A stretch of DNA of 64,000 nt from Candidatus Levyibacteriota bacterium. Its GTDB lineage: Bacteria > Patescibacteriota > Microgenomatia > Levybacterales > UBA12049. Numbering within the stretch: the first letter of the stretch is position 1; each line of letters opens with the position of its first letter. The notes below the pieces were generated by a model. That model worked only from the letters and a program-made list of their open reading frames with translations. It had not been told where the DNA came from and did no database searches. Location: NCBI GenBank assembly GCA_963790825.1, contig CAWBPM010000002.1:359159-423158 (forward strand), in the 5' to 3' direction. The translations under genes were made by a program, and so were the position numbers. This document shows, in pieces, positions 31,236-41,110 of the stretch.

Positions 31236-31844
31236 TTAGGAGGCGAGAAATGCCTCTAGAACTTGAAAATCTTTTATAAGCGTTGTTTTACTATGTACGT
31301 TATATAACGCTACAGCCGGATGGAAAAGCGGAATAATATGAATAGTTCCATATGAACTGGCAGCTTCCAGTAGTTGTCCATGTAAATAGGAAATAGACTC
31401 TGTTTTTTGCGGCAGGTTAAATTTTTCCAGAATATACTGCATAGAAAATCTGCCCAGTGTTGCTATTATCTTAGGACGGATAATATTTATTTGTCTTTCC
31501 AGAAATGGTCCGTATAGTCTGATTTCTGATGGGAGGGGATCACGGTTTTCAGGCGGCCGGTCTTTTACGATATTTGTAACATATACTTGTTTTCGGTCGA
31601 GATGAATAGAGGCAAGCAGTTCGTCAAGCATCGCTCCGGCAGCACCGCAAAACGGCCTTCCTGTTTCCGCCTCCGTTTTTCCCGGTGCTTCACCAATAAA
31701 CATAATTTTAGCTTTGTGATTTCCTTCGCCCAAAACCGGGTAATAGTTGTGTTGCTTACGGTAGGTGAATAGAGGAGAGATAGTAAGGTTCCAAACCTCG
31801 TCCCGAATCACACGAAGCTGATCAGTTCTACTCGAGATCTTCAT
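31236..31844 (-). CDS. Uracil-DNA glycosylase family 4
   Basis: GEAPG, GRPFCGAAG, KDRPPENRDP, FHPA; the Fe-S cysteines are absent. Confidence 0.92.
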   Translation of the reverse strand: MKISSRTDQLRVIRDEVWNLTISPLFTYRKQHNYYPVLGEGNHKAKIMFIGEAPGKTEAETGRPFCGAAGAMLDELLASIHLDRKQVYVTNIVKDRPPENRDPLPSEIRLYGPFLERQINIIRPKIIATLGRFSMQYILEKFNLPQKTESISYLHGQLLEAASSYGTIHIIPLFHPAVALYNVHSKTTLIKDFQVLEAFLAS

Positions 31845-31882
31845 TATTACATTATATAAAAATAATTAGCAGATTATAAAAA

Positions 31883-32140
31883 TTAGGAAGAACCCTGGAC
31901 CATTAGTCTTTTTTTCTGGAATTTCTCTAGGGTTCGCTTTTCGTCTGCTTTAATTTTTATTTCACGGTCTTTTATGCGTTTGGCCTCTTGTTTATCCTTT
32001 TCCTCCTGGCAGGATTTATTTGAACATCTATAGGTACAGGTAGTTTGGGGAAAACGGGAACCATTGATGTGTTCAGTTATTTTGCTGACAAGTATAAGAG
32101 GCGACCCGCACTGAAAACAATTATGAGTAATGGATTTCAA
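31883..32140 (-). CDS. Small Zn-ribbon hypothetical protein
   Basis: CFQC...YRCSNKSC followed by a charged helix; TTG start. Confidence 0.6.
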   Translation of the reverse strand: MKSITHNCFQCGSPLILVSKITEHINGSRFPQTTCTYRCSNKSCQEEKDKQEAKRIKDREIKIKADEKRTLEKFQKKRLMVQGSS

Positions 32141-32260
32141 GATAAGCTATTATAACACATTTTGGATATATTTGTTGTAGTAAATTAGGCAACAACTAAA
32201 TTTTCTCAGCTCTTTCTTAACTAGAGTAAATCGTGTTATAGTAAAGAAATCCCTATTTCC

Positions 32261-33274
32261 ATGTATAGTTCCTATGATCAAATAAATAATAGAAAACAGC
32301 GACAGCAGCCGAAAAGAACAATTGGATTATTTTTTTTCGTATTTATTATCCTACTCGTCGGCCTTTTTATGTTATTTCGTTTATCATCCCATACTTCAAA
32401 TGTGTCTAAAACTAGCCTTTCTCATAGCGAATCGGTTTCACACGTCCTGGCCGATAAAACAAAGTCGGATGCGGAAAATAATAACAATAATGTTGGACTT
32501 GCAAACGCGGTCAGAAACGCACTTATAGGAACAACCGGTAGTTACGCAGTTGTGGTTATGAACTTACATAACAAAGAGAGTTATGCCAGTAATGAACATC
32601 TTGTATACGAATCGGGGAGTTTGTATAAGTTGTGGGTTATGGCAACTGCTTTTGAGCAGATTGATAGTGGGATAATTCATAAGGCAGATATACTAACGGG
32701 GAGTATTCCTGCGTTAAATAAGATGTTTAATATCGAAGCAGATTCAGCCGAGGAAACTTCGGGTACTATTACACTTTCCCTACAAGATGCAATATACCAG
32801 ATGATCACTATTTCCGATAATAACGCGGCACTTCTTCTAACCGAAAAAATAAAGTTAGCAAATATTACAGCGCTCCTTACGGCTCATGGTTTTGCTGAAT
32901 CAAAAGTGGGAATCGGAGACGGGGAACCTACAACAACCGCTTCGGATATTGCACTTTTTTTAGCGAACCTTTACCGGGGGAAATTAGCCGATTCCAAGTC
33001 CAGCAACGAAATGATTACCTTACTTAAAGAGCAGAAATTAAACAGTAAGATACCAAAATATTTGCCGGATGATATTACAGTTGCCCATAAGACAGGAGAG
33101 TTAGATGCATTTACCCATGACGCGGGAATTATATATAGCCCGAATGGCGATTATATTCTGGTCGTGTTATCAAAAAGTGATAATCCGTCTGAGGCTTCGG
33201 AACGAATCGCCGACGTATCCCAAGCTGTCTATAACTATTTTACGGATGAAGAACCAGTAAAGACAGGACAATGA
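32261..33274 (+). CDS. Class A beta-lactamase-related serine hydrolase, membrane anchored
   Basis: SLYK, SDN and HKTG motifs; N-terminal TM helix. Confidence 0.9.
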   Translation: MYSSYDQINNRKQRQQPKRTIGLFFFVFIILLVGLFMLFRLSSHTSNVSKTSLSHSESVSHVLADKTKSDAENNNNNVGLANAVRNALIGTTGSYAVVVMNLHNKESYASNEHLVYESGSLYKLWVMATAFEQIDSGIIHKADILTGSIPALNKMFNIEADSAEETSGTITLSLQDAIYQMITISDNNAALLLTEKIKLANITALLTAHGFAESKVGIGDGEPTTTASDIALFLANLYRGKLADSKSSNEMITLLKEQKLNSKIPKYLPDDITVAHKTGELDAFTHDAGIIYSPNGDYILVVLSKSDNPSEASERIADVSQAVYNYFTDEEPVKTGQ

Positions 33275-33369
33275 AGCTCCCAGACCTTACAATAGTTCTT
33301 TCCACTCACACTCCGGCGGTAGTGAAATTCTTCCGAAGTCCCGCTGAGTGGGACAGAGGAGGATAAAAA
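33266..33369. repeat. Dispersed 104-bp repeat, copy 2
   Basis: Colinear with 22289-22392; hairpin GTCCCGCTGAGTGGGAC; includes the serine hydrolase stop codon. Confidence 0.8.
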
Positions 33370-33418
33370 CCAATATCGGAATATGCAGAAATCTTGGAAT
33401 TTTTTCGAAAAATAGTCA

Positions 33419-34500
33419 TGAATAAGTCACGATACATATTGGAATCTTAAGGAAGAAGATTCTATGCCAAGTGATTTTAAACGAGTAAGACATTTACGAC
33501 CAAAATACTCACAAAAGAGCTATCATATACTGATGAAAATGCTCCAGAATTCATTAGCAGTTGAAGTATCCGATGTAGCTGCTTTTCGCCTTCACGTGAT
33601 TAATCACTACTACAAGTATGGACTGCGTCCAACCCTTGCTGCATTCAAAATAAAGAAGAGCAGCTTATACAACTGGAGAAATGCTTATGAACACAACGGA
33701 AAAAGGACAATCAGTTTAGTGCCACACGGAACTAGACCTCTCCATGTGCGAAAGATGGAGACAGACTGGAGAATAATTGAGTTCATTAGAGAGATGAGGC
33801 ATGAGCATGGGAATATTGGTAAAAGTATGCTCAAGCCCTTTGTTGATGCGTATGCCAAAGAGCTGGGTATTAAGACCTTGGCAGAAAGTACTATTGGGAA
33901 AGTACTTAAAAGACGTCACTTAACATTTGAGAAGAAAGTCTACCCACAGAAACAAAAAAACAAGTTCAAAAAGCTAAGAGTGAGAAAGTCTCCTAAGGTA
34001 GTTTCTCCTGGATTTATTGAGATGGATTCAGTAGTTGTCTATATCAATTTTGAGAAACATTTGTTTATGTGTGTGATTGATATTTACACAAAATTTGCCT
34101 TAGTTGTATATGTACCGGATCTCTCCTCAGTAACAGCAAGAGAGGTTTTTAAGCAGTTCCAGTGCAATAATCCAACACCGATTCATACAATCCAAACAGA
34201 TAATGGATCAGAGTTTCTCAAATCATTCCATGAGTATATAGTTGAACAGAAAATTAAACATCAATTTATCTATCCCAGAATGCCAAAGATTAATAGTTAC
34301 ATTGAGAGATTCAATCGGACAATCCAGGAGGAATTCATTTTAAGAAATGACGAGATTTACTATGACTCAGAAGCATTTGCAAAAAAGCTCACAAAGTATT
34401 TATACTGGTATAACTATAAGAGGCCACATGCTTCGCTTAAATATATGTCGCCTATGTCCTTTATACAAGCCAAGATTCCAATAAGTGCGTGACGCATACA
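33419..34500 (+). mobile_element. IS481-family insertion sequence
   Basis: Imperfect IRs TGAATAAGTCACGATACATATTGGAATCTT / TGTATGCGTCACGCACTTATTGGAATCTT (rc); 5-bp direct repeat AGTCA at 33414-33418 and 34501-34505. Confidence 0.88.
33464..34492 (+). CDS. IS481-like DDE (rve) transposase
   Basis: EMDS, IQTDNGSEF, IERFNRTIQEE, YNYKRPHASL. Confidence 0.93.
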   Translation: MPSDFKRVRHLRPKYSQKSYHILMKMLQNSLAVEVSDVAAFRLHVINHYYKYGLRPTLAAFKIKKSSLYNWRNAYEHNGKRTISLVPHGTRPLHVRKMETDWRIIEFIREMRHEHGNIGKSMLKPFVDAYAKELGIKTLAESTIGKVLKRRHLTFEKKVYPQKQKNKFKKLRVRKSPKVVSPGFIEMDSVVVYINFEKHLFMCVIDIYTKFALVVYVPDLSSVTAREVFKQFQCNNPTPIHTIQTDNGSEFLKSFHEYIVEQKIKHQFIYPRMPKINSYIERFNRTIQEEFILRNDEIYYDSEAFAKKLTKYLYWYNYKRPHASLKYMSPMSFIQAKIPISA

Positions 34501-34540
34501 AGTCATGCATTATTTTTTCATTGAGAGTATAATAAACTTA

Positions 34541-34987
34541 ATGCATAAAACTTTTTATGCAAGTGGATTTCTTTATTACTTACCTTTTGACCAAATTCTC
34601 TTGCAGCAAAATAATAGCTTAACTTCTTTTTGGTCATTGTTTGGAAAAATTGGTCATGATGACGAAGCGCCAATCGCCGTATTTCGGGAAGCTATTTTTC
34701 AAAATTTACACATAAAGCTTGCTTTGGATGCAATCTACCCTGTCTATGATTATTTCAAAACGGAGAGAGGAATGGATTGTTTTGTGTTTTATGCCGAAGT
34801 TGGTGTAAAAAAGAAAAACCTTCAATGCAAAAAAGATTCTCTTTTAGAATGGTTTAGCTTCTACCAAACTGCCAAACTTTCTTTTTCCGATCAAATAAGA
34901 CAAGATCTTATTGTTTCGGAGCGGGTAATTAAGGCGAAAGCCAGAGATCGGGAAGCAACATTTTCTCCTGTAGGAATCTTACAATAA
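34541..34987 (+). CDS. Hypothetical protein, degenerate NUDIX-like
   Basis: ILLQQ...WSLFG......E......REA. Probable start is ATG 34541 (ORF track starts at 34505). Confidence 0.55.
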   Translation: MHKTFYASGFLYYLPFDQILLQQNNSLTSFWSLFGKIGHDDEAPIAVFREAIFQNLHIKLALDAIYPVYDYFKTERGMDCFVFYAEVGVKKKNLQCKKDSLLEWFSFYQTAKLSFSDQIRQDLIVSERVIKAKARDREATFSPVGILQ

Positions 34988-34989
34988 AA

Positions 34990-36198
34990 TTATTCCACGA
35001 AAGTTAATGCAATGCCTTTTTTGCCATTTCTGCCTGTTCTTCCGATTCTATGGATATAATCATCATAAGACACAGGTGCATCATAGTTTATAACATGAGT
35101 TACATCTTCAATATCAAGTCCGCGTGAGGCAACGTCTGTTGCTAAAAGTACTTGAACTTTATTATCCTTAAACTCCTGCAATGCACGTTGTCTTTGATTT
35201 TGATTTTTATTGCCATGAATAGCAGCTGCTTTAAATCCACGAATTATCAGCTCATTGGTTAACTTTTGTATTCCCCATTTCGTTCTGCCAAAAATGATTA
35301 CTTTATTAAATCCCGATTGAATTAATAGGTTGTGGAGTAGATCTATTTTTTCTCTGCCGCCTCTGGACCTAACTATATCCTGATCGATATATTGTGCGGC
35401 ATCGTACTGTTTGACGGAAACTGTTATCGGATTTATTACGAAATCCCGCAGGATTTCTTGTGTTTTACTGTCGACCGTCGCAGAAAAAAACAATGATTGA
35501 CGAGTTGCAGGAAGAAGTGAAATGAGATATTTGATGTCTTTGATAAATCCGATATCAACCATTCTGTCTACCTCATCCAATACCACATTTTGGAACATCT
35601 GCAAATTTAATTTTCTGCGGATGATTAAATCCTTCAGTCTTCCCGGAGTACCGATAACAAAATTGGGACTGCGCTCTAGTGCAGATGTTTGCCGCCTGAT
35701 ATCTGTTCCACCGACAACTGCAATTGAGTCTAGACCTGTTCCCTTTGCAAACAAACGAAATTCGTCCCGAATCTGCATAGCAAGTTCACGTGTCGGAACG
35801 ACAATTAAAACCCTTTGATTTGGGTCTTGATAGGATTTATTAATTAGTGTTATCAGAAATGCTGCGGTCTTGCCGGTACCGGTATTTGCCATACCGATAA
35901 CGTCTTTACCAGACAAAATCTCAGGGATTGTCTTTTCCTGAATTGCGGTAGGAATAGAATATCCGTGCTCCTCGATATTGCGTTTTAGTATGTTTTCAAT
36001 TGCATAATCTGCGAATCGTGTCGTCGCGATATATTCGTTTTGTGCATTTATCTCTTCTGCTTTTTTGACAAAAAGACTGGGATTAAGTTTTCTTTCCTGT
36101 CTTTGTGTGCTGCGTTGAAAATTTCTTCTTGGCACGAAATAGTGAGAATCTGATTTCCCACCAGAATAGTTATTCCGTTTAAAATTAGAACGATACAT
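34990..36198 (-). CDS. DEAD/DEAH-box RNA helicase
   Basis: TGTGKT, PTRELA, TPGR, DEVD, SAT, SRGLD, HRIGRTGR. Confidence 0.96.
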   Translation of the reverse strand: MYRSNFKRNNYSGGKSDSHYFVPRRNFQRSTQRQERKLNPSLFVKKAEEINAQNEYIATTRFADYAIENILKRNIEEHGYSIPTAIQEKTIPEILSGKDVIGMANTGTGKTAAFLITLINKSYQDPNQRVLIVVPTRELAMQIRDEFRLFAKGTGLDSIAVVGGTDIRRQTSALERSPNFVIGTPGRLKDLIIRRKLNLQMFQNVVLDEVDRMVDIGFIKDIKYLISLLPATRQSLFFSATVDSKTQEILRDFVINPITVSVKQYDAAQYIDQDIVRSRGGREKIDLLHNLLIQSGFNKVIIFGRTKWGIQKLTNELIIRGFKAAAIHGNKNQNQRQRALQEFKDNKVQVLLATDVASRGLDIEDVTHVINYDAPVSYDDYIHRIGRTGRNGKKGIALTFVE

Positions 36199-36201
36199 AT
36201 G

Positions 36202-36459
36202 TTATCTGGTTTCTTGTGGTTTAGCTTCTTTTACTGCAATTTGACGACCATTCAGTTCAGAACCGTTAAGTTTATCCATTGCTTCTTTTGCGACTTCCGT
36301 TGTTTCCATTTCCACAAATCCAAAGCCTTTTCCCTGTCCGGTATATCGATCAATAATAACCTTTGCCGAAAGAACCTTGCCGATTTTTGCAAAATGCTCT
36401 TCGAGTTGCGAGTCGGTAGTGGTATAGTCAAGACTTCCTATAAATAATTTGTTTGTCAT
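36202..36459 (-). CDS. RRM (RNP-1) RNA-binding protein
   Basis: LFIGSL (RNP2), KGFGFVEM (RNP1). Confidence 0.95.
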   Translation of the reverse strand: MTNKLFIGSLDYTTTDSQLEEHFAKIGKVLSAKVIIDRYTGQGKGFGFVEMETTEVAKEAMDKLNGSELNGRQIAVKEAKPQETR

Positions 36460-36742
36460 TTATTTTTCCTCCTTCCTCTTTGTACACAAATACCTCTGCT
36501 CAAATGTGAATTCGTTTGATATAGGAAGAAGATACAAATACAAGTAGAAAAGTGAGGTATCTTTATCTCTTAAAAAAACTTAATCAAAATATAAGCAGAT
36601 GTACTTATGTATAATCTGCAGGACAAAGGTATGATAACATACTTAAAAGGCTTTGTCAATACCGCTATAGGGTTATTGGTGCATTTATCAGCTTCAAAGA
36701 GAAGTAACTTCCATCTGCCGGATGTGGTCTTTTGCAAAGGGG

Positions 36743-37999
36743 TTATTTTAGCGGATCTTTTTCATGCTCAACATTATTATTCTTCTTGATTGGTAGAGAG
36801 AAACGAAATGTTGAGCCTTTACCCTCAATACTTTCTACCCAGATCTTCCCTTTATGCTGTGTTATAATTTCATAAGATATATATAGTCCAAGTCCGAGCC
36901 CGGAAATATTATTTTCATCTTTACCTTTTACTCGAAAAAACCGGTCAAATACTCTGTTCTGTTCTTCTTTGGGAATACCTAAGCCAAAATCCTGCACTGA
37001 GATTATTATATTATTACCATCTTGTGACAACGAAACTATCACGCGGTCCCCAGTTGGTGAATATTTAATTGCGTTCGAGATAAGATTTACTAAAACTTGC
37101 ATAATCCGTTCTTTATCGGCATATATCGTTACTTTTGACTGATCGTTGTATTCTACAATATGTGATTTTGTCGTGTACTGAAAGTCAGATACCACTATGT
37201 TTATCAGTTCATTTACCTCAAAATTTTTCTTATGTAATTCTAATTTTCCATTCTGTATTTTATAGACATTCACAAACGATGCCATAAGATGTGTCAGGTT
37301 TTCAATCTGTTCTGTCATTTTCGACAGAAAGTACGAACCCCGTTCGTCTTTTATCTGTTTATGATGTTTTTCCAGAAGTTGAGCAAAAATTATGATACTG
37401 GTTAAAGGTGTTTTGAGTTCGTGAGAGACAATCCCGATAAAGTCATCTTTCTGTTTTTCCAGTTGTTTTCTATCTGTTATATCATCAAAAGCAAGGAGAA
37501 TTGCTTCTGTGTTATTTACCTGACGGTATGTTCTTCGTGCATTAAGGAGCATTGTTCGTTTGCCGACATGGGGTAGATCAATCTCTACCTCATAGTTATC
37601 GAACTGGGTATTAGCAGGAAGGATTTTCTCAAGTAATATTTTTAATTTAGGAATATTCCATGCGTGTTGATTTAACTTATAAACCAACTGGTTCTCTGTT
37701 TCTAAGGGTGTTAATTTAAAAGTATCATAAAAAGACCTGTTTGCAGTAAGAACCTGCAACTTCTTATTTAAAACAACCAATGGTAAGTGTACCGAATCAA
37801 CAATAGCTTCCGAATAATCAAGGGCATATTTCAAAAGATCAAGAGAGCGCTTGAGTTCATTCACATCAATTCCGGGAATAATACTTGAGTGGTCAGATGG
37901 GGTAATTCGTTTTTGTACTGCTTCTTTTACAGACGCGTGTGGCAACTCCGGTTCATTATTGCTCCTTATAACTTTTTTTAGGGAGAGTCTCCTGCTCAC
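36743..37999 (-). CDS. PAS-domain sensor histidine kinase (orphan)
   Basis: PAS domain, SHELKTPL, NLISNAIKY, DFGLG, GLGLGL. Confidence 0.93.
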   Translation of the reverse strand: MSRRLSLKKVIRSNNEPELPHASVKEAVQKRITPSDHSSIIPGIDVNELKRSLDLLKYALDYSEAIVDSVHLPLVVLNKKLQVLTANRSFYDTFKLTPLETENQLVYKLNQHAWNIPKLKILLEKILPANTQFDNYEVEIDLPHVGKRTMLLNARRTYRQVNNTEAILLAFDDITDRKQLEKQKDDFIGIVSHELKTPLTSIIIFAQLLEKHHKQIKDERGSYFLSKMTEQIENLTHLMASFVNVYKIQNGKLELHKKNFEVNELINIVVSDFQYTTKSHIVEYNDQSKVTIYADKERIMQVLVNLISNAIKYSPTGDRVIVSLSQDGNNIIISVQDFGLGIPKEEQNRVFDRFFRVKGKDENNISGLGLGLYISYEIITQHKGKIWVESIEGKGSTFRFSLPIKKNNNVEHEKDPLK

Positions 38000-38223
38000 T
38001 ACATATCACCCTTTTTATTTTATAGCAAATATCAAATATTTACAATACTTCTTTTTGTATTAAATAATTACAATAACTCATAAGAGGACACAGACGAAAA
38101 AAGTATTTGAAATAGTTTATATATTATCGCTGTCAAGTCTTGATTTATACCGAGTTCCCATTTTGAGCATCTCAAGGTATAATATTAGCCGTATAATATA
38201 ATAATGAGATATAATAAACATAT

Positions 38224-39336
38224 ATGTTAAGCTTAAAAAGATCGCTTCGTGTATTACCAATCCATGTCATCAACCCACGCGGTGACAAGGAAACAGCGCT
38301 CCATATCGGCGAGGAATTGGAATCACTGATTGCAACCGTCGGAGGACAGATTCCCGATCGAATAATTCAACATCTTGATAAACCCAACAATGCAACTTTT
38401 ATCGGAAAAGGGAAGGTAGAGGAAGTGGCACAAAAGATAACTGAGGAACAAATCGATGTGGTGGTCCTAAATGCTATGGTAAAACCACACCAGGTGCACG
38501 AATTAAAAACAGAGTTGCAAAAAGTTAAGCCGGATATTGAGGTATGGGATAGAATTGACCTCCTACTACATATTTTTGCTAAACACGCGGTAACCCGTGA
38601 GTCAAAACTGCAAATTGAGCTCGCACGGATGAACTATATGGGTCCTAGGATTTACGGAATGGGGTATATATTATCAAGACAAGCAGGGGGTATCGGAACG
38701 CAGGGAGTGGGGGAAACAAATACGGAGCTGATGAAACGGCATTGGCGGGATGAGAAAAAGAGAATAACCGACCAGTTGGAAAAAATTAGCAGGAGCCGGC
38801 AGGAACAGCTAAGTAGGCGTAAAAGAGCAGGATTTAAAACTATATCAATTGTCGGATACACAAATGCGGGAAAAAGTTCATTATTTAATCTTTTAACCGG
38901 AAAAAAGAATCTGGTAAAAAATGTATTGTTCGCAACGCTTGACAGCACCGTAGGCAAAATATATATCGAAGACCTCCACACGGAAGTTTTAGTGACCGAT
39001 ACCATTGGTTTTATTAGGGATTTACCGCCTCTTCTGATTAGTGCTTTTAAATCAACACTTCTGGAGTCGGTACATGCCGATGTAATCTTGCAGGTTATTG
39101 ATGTATCTGACCCTGAGGTAGATAGCAAAATAACCGTAGTTAGTGAAATCCTAAAAGAACTGGGGAGAAAAGTTGAAGATATGATCTATGTATTTAATAA
39201 GGTCGATCTCGTTCCAAATCTTAACAAAAAGGTACTTTCGCAAAAATATAAAGACTTTTCGCCTATTTTTATTTCGGTTAAGAACGAAGAGGAAATTTCT
39301 ACGCTAAAAAAATGTATTAGGAAAGCTTTGTCATAA
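38224..39336 (+). CDS. hflX: GTPase HflX
   Basis: GYTNAGKSS, FATLD, DTIGF, AFKSTL, NKVD. Confidence 0.95.
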   Translation: MLSLKRSLRVLPIHVINPRGDKETALHIGEELESLIATVGGQIPDRIIQHLDKPNNATFIGKGKVEEVAQKITEEQIDVVVLNAMVKPHQVHELKTELQKVKPDIEVWDRIDLLLHIFAKHAVTRESKLQIELARMNYMGPRIYGMGYILSRQAGGIGTQGVGETNTELMKRHWRDEKKRITDQLEKISRSRQEQLSRRKRAGFKTISIVGYTNAGKSSLFNLLTGKKNLVKNVLFATLDSTVGKIYIEDLHTEVLVTDTIGFIRDLPPLLISAFKSTLLESVHADVILQVIDVSDPEVDSKITVVSEILKELGRKVEDMIYVFNKVDLVPNLNKKVLSQKYKDFSPIFISVKNEEEISTLKKCIRKALS

Positions 39337-39411
39337 AGTTTTTTGTAAATTTATACATCAGCCTTGCTGGCACTTTTGAACATTTCTTCGCCACGTTCCT
39401 CGACTATGAGT

Positions 39412-40245
39412 TCAGGACAAGTTCTCGGAATTTTTTACGCGACTAAGCCGCAATTCCTGTAGTTCTCTAAAAGCATTTTCTATACGGTTGTCTACTTCCC
39501 CCATCTCCGGAGAAAAATTTGCATCCTTAGCATTCTTTCTTGAACGTATAGCAATATCTGCTTTTGTAAGATTACCAAGAAAGGTATAGAGATCCCGATT
39601 AGTACTTCCCACTGTTGCAAGCGAAGTTTCTACGGGACCGGCCAGAGTTCCGAAATTGACAGATTGCACTCCCTGTTCCTCCAACCAACTCTTTATAAAA
39701 AATGCTTTATATCCGTTATGTACTATCTCATCCAGCATAACGATACTTTGGGGTAATCTGTCATTTTTCCCTAACTTTTTTTGTAATAAATTCCTCCTTA
39801 GAGCGAAAGAGGTTCTGTATTGTTCGCCTTTAAGCAAATAGTCCACATAAAAATCTTCATCAGTATGCAGAGAGCTGCATTCCGCTTTATATAATATTTT
39901 ATTTTCTTCTTCATCAAAGGTTACAATCGGCGGGCGAAAATCTATCTCATCTATTGCAATAAGAGATCTTCTTGTAACATCAGCACTTCTTCCGCTTAGG
40001 ATAATGACGTCCGGATTAAGTCTGTCAGCCCAGATGGCAATATTTTTAGCAGCATTTGCCCATTCATTTAACACCTGCTGCGTAGGACGTAATCCGTCAA
40101 AACTAATAGTTAATTGTTTTTCGATGGGTAGGGTATTTCTCAGACGATTGTATTCATATTTCAAATCAAACTTTCTTTCTAATTCAAGACGTGCCTTTGT
40201 AATCGCATAAACTTCAGGAGATATCATGGTACCTCGATTATACAA
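39412..40245 (-). CDS. Hypothetical protein, possible PRTase-like fold
   Basis: IVMLDEIVHNG resembles a PRPP-binding loop. Confidence 0.55.
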   Translation of the reverse strand: MYNRGTMISPEVYAITKARLELERKFDLKYEYNRLRNTLPIEKQLTISFDGLRPTQQVLNEWANAAKNIAIWADRLNPDVIILSGRSADVTRRSLIAIDEIDFRPPIVTFDEEENKILYKAECSSLHTDEDFYVDYLLKGEQYRTSFALRRNLLQKKLGKNDRLPQSIVMLDEIVHNGYKAFFIKSWLEEQGVQSVNFGTLAGPVETSLATVGSTNRDLYTFLGNLTKADIAIRSRKNAKDANFSPEMGEVDNRIENAFRELQELRLSRVKNSENLS

Positions 40246-40363
40246 TATACACAGCTTGTAGTTTAATCAGATAGAATCAAACTATTTTTGATAGTTTTTT
40301 AAGGAAATTTGAGGCTAAATCCGTGATAGCTACTGATCTGTTGAGTCTTGACAATGTCGGAAC

Positions 40364-40672
40364 TTATTTTTTCTCCCAACGGTTTTTATCTCTGCCGTAA
40401 GCCTTTTCCATAATTCTTTTAAAATGGGTGTCTAAATCTATGTTTAAAGAGTTTGCCATACAAATCACTGTAAAAATTATATCTGCGAGTTCGTCTCCGA
40501 TTTCCTGAGTTTCCTCTGCTGGTTTTTTCTTTTTTGAGCCAAATCGATGATTTATTTCTCTTGCTAATTCACCAACCTCTTCGCTAAGTCTGGCTAAAAT
40601 TTCAAAAGGTAAAAAGTAACCGATTTTATATTGAGTAACCCACTTATCTACTTCTTTTTGGAGTTGTTTCAT
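40364..40672 (-). CDS. MazG-like nucleotide pyrophosphohydrolase (YpjD-like)
   Basis: LSEEVGELAREINH, ELADI, RDKNRW. Confidence 0.92.
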   Translation of the reverse strand: MKQLQKEVDKWVTQYKIGYFLPFEILARLSEEVGELAREINHRFGSKKKKPAEETQEIGDELADIIFTVICMANSLNIDLDTHFKRIMEKAYGRDKNRWEKK

Positions 40673-40727
40673 TACATGGATTATATAACAAGAGCTATAA
40701 TGTTGTAAACTGGGATGACTTCAAAAA

Positions 40728-40742
40728 GCTGTCGAGCCTGGA
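40728..40742 (-). repeat. att-like copy of the tRNA-Gln 3' end (15 bp)
   Basis: GCTGTCGAGCCTGGA is identical to 45296-45310. Confidence 0.8.
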
Positions 40743-41110
40743 CACGTTAGAACCAGTTTAACCTCGCAAAGCCATTACAATTTCTTTTCATGACTATTTC
40801 TCGTATATACATATTGAACATAATATGCCGGATTATGGCTATCATATGGGATAACCTGTTTTTCAGCCATGGATTGTCTTTTTTAGTTAACGATTGTATT
40901 CTTTGTAGTGATTATCCTATTGTCAAAGTCGTTATTATCAATAAGTACATCTGACAGATGCCTCCTCAACATTAACAAGTCCGATTGTCTTGTCTTCAAA
41001 ATTTTTAGTAATTTCACTTTTAATTGAATCACCTTAAGCTGTTTTTTGTTGTAGCAGACACTTGTAAAATTCCAAAAGAATACGATATTATTAGATTGTA
41101 CCTGTAAATT

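Noticed and set aside
31236-31844. UDG lacking Fe-S cysteines as a novelty
   Set aside because: Catalytic motifs are intact and cluster-less family-4-like variants are not unusual.
32261-33274. Antibiotic-resistance beta-lactamase
   Set aside because: Membrane anchored with no clear omega-loop ExxLN motif; more likely a peptidoglycan-related serine hydrolase.
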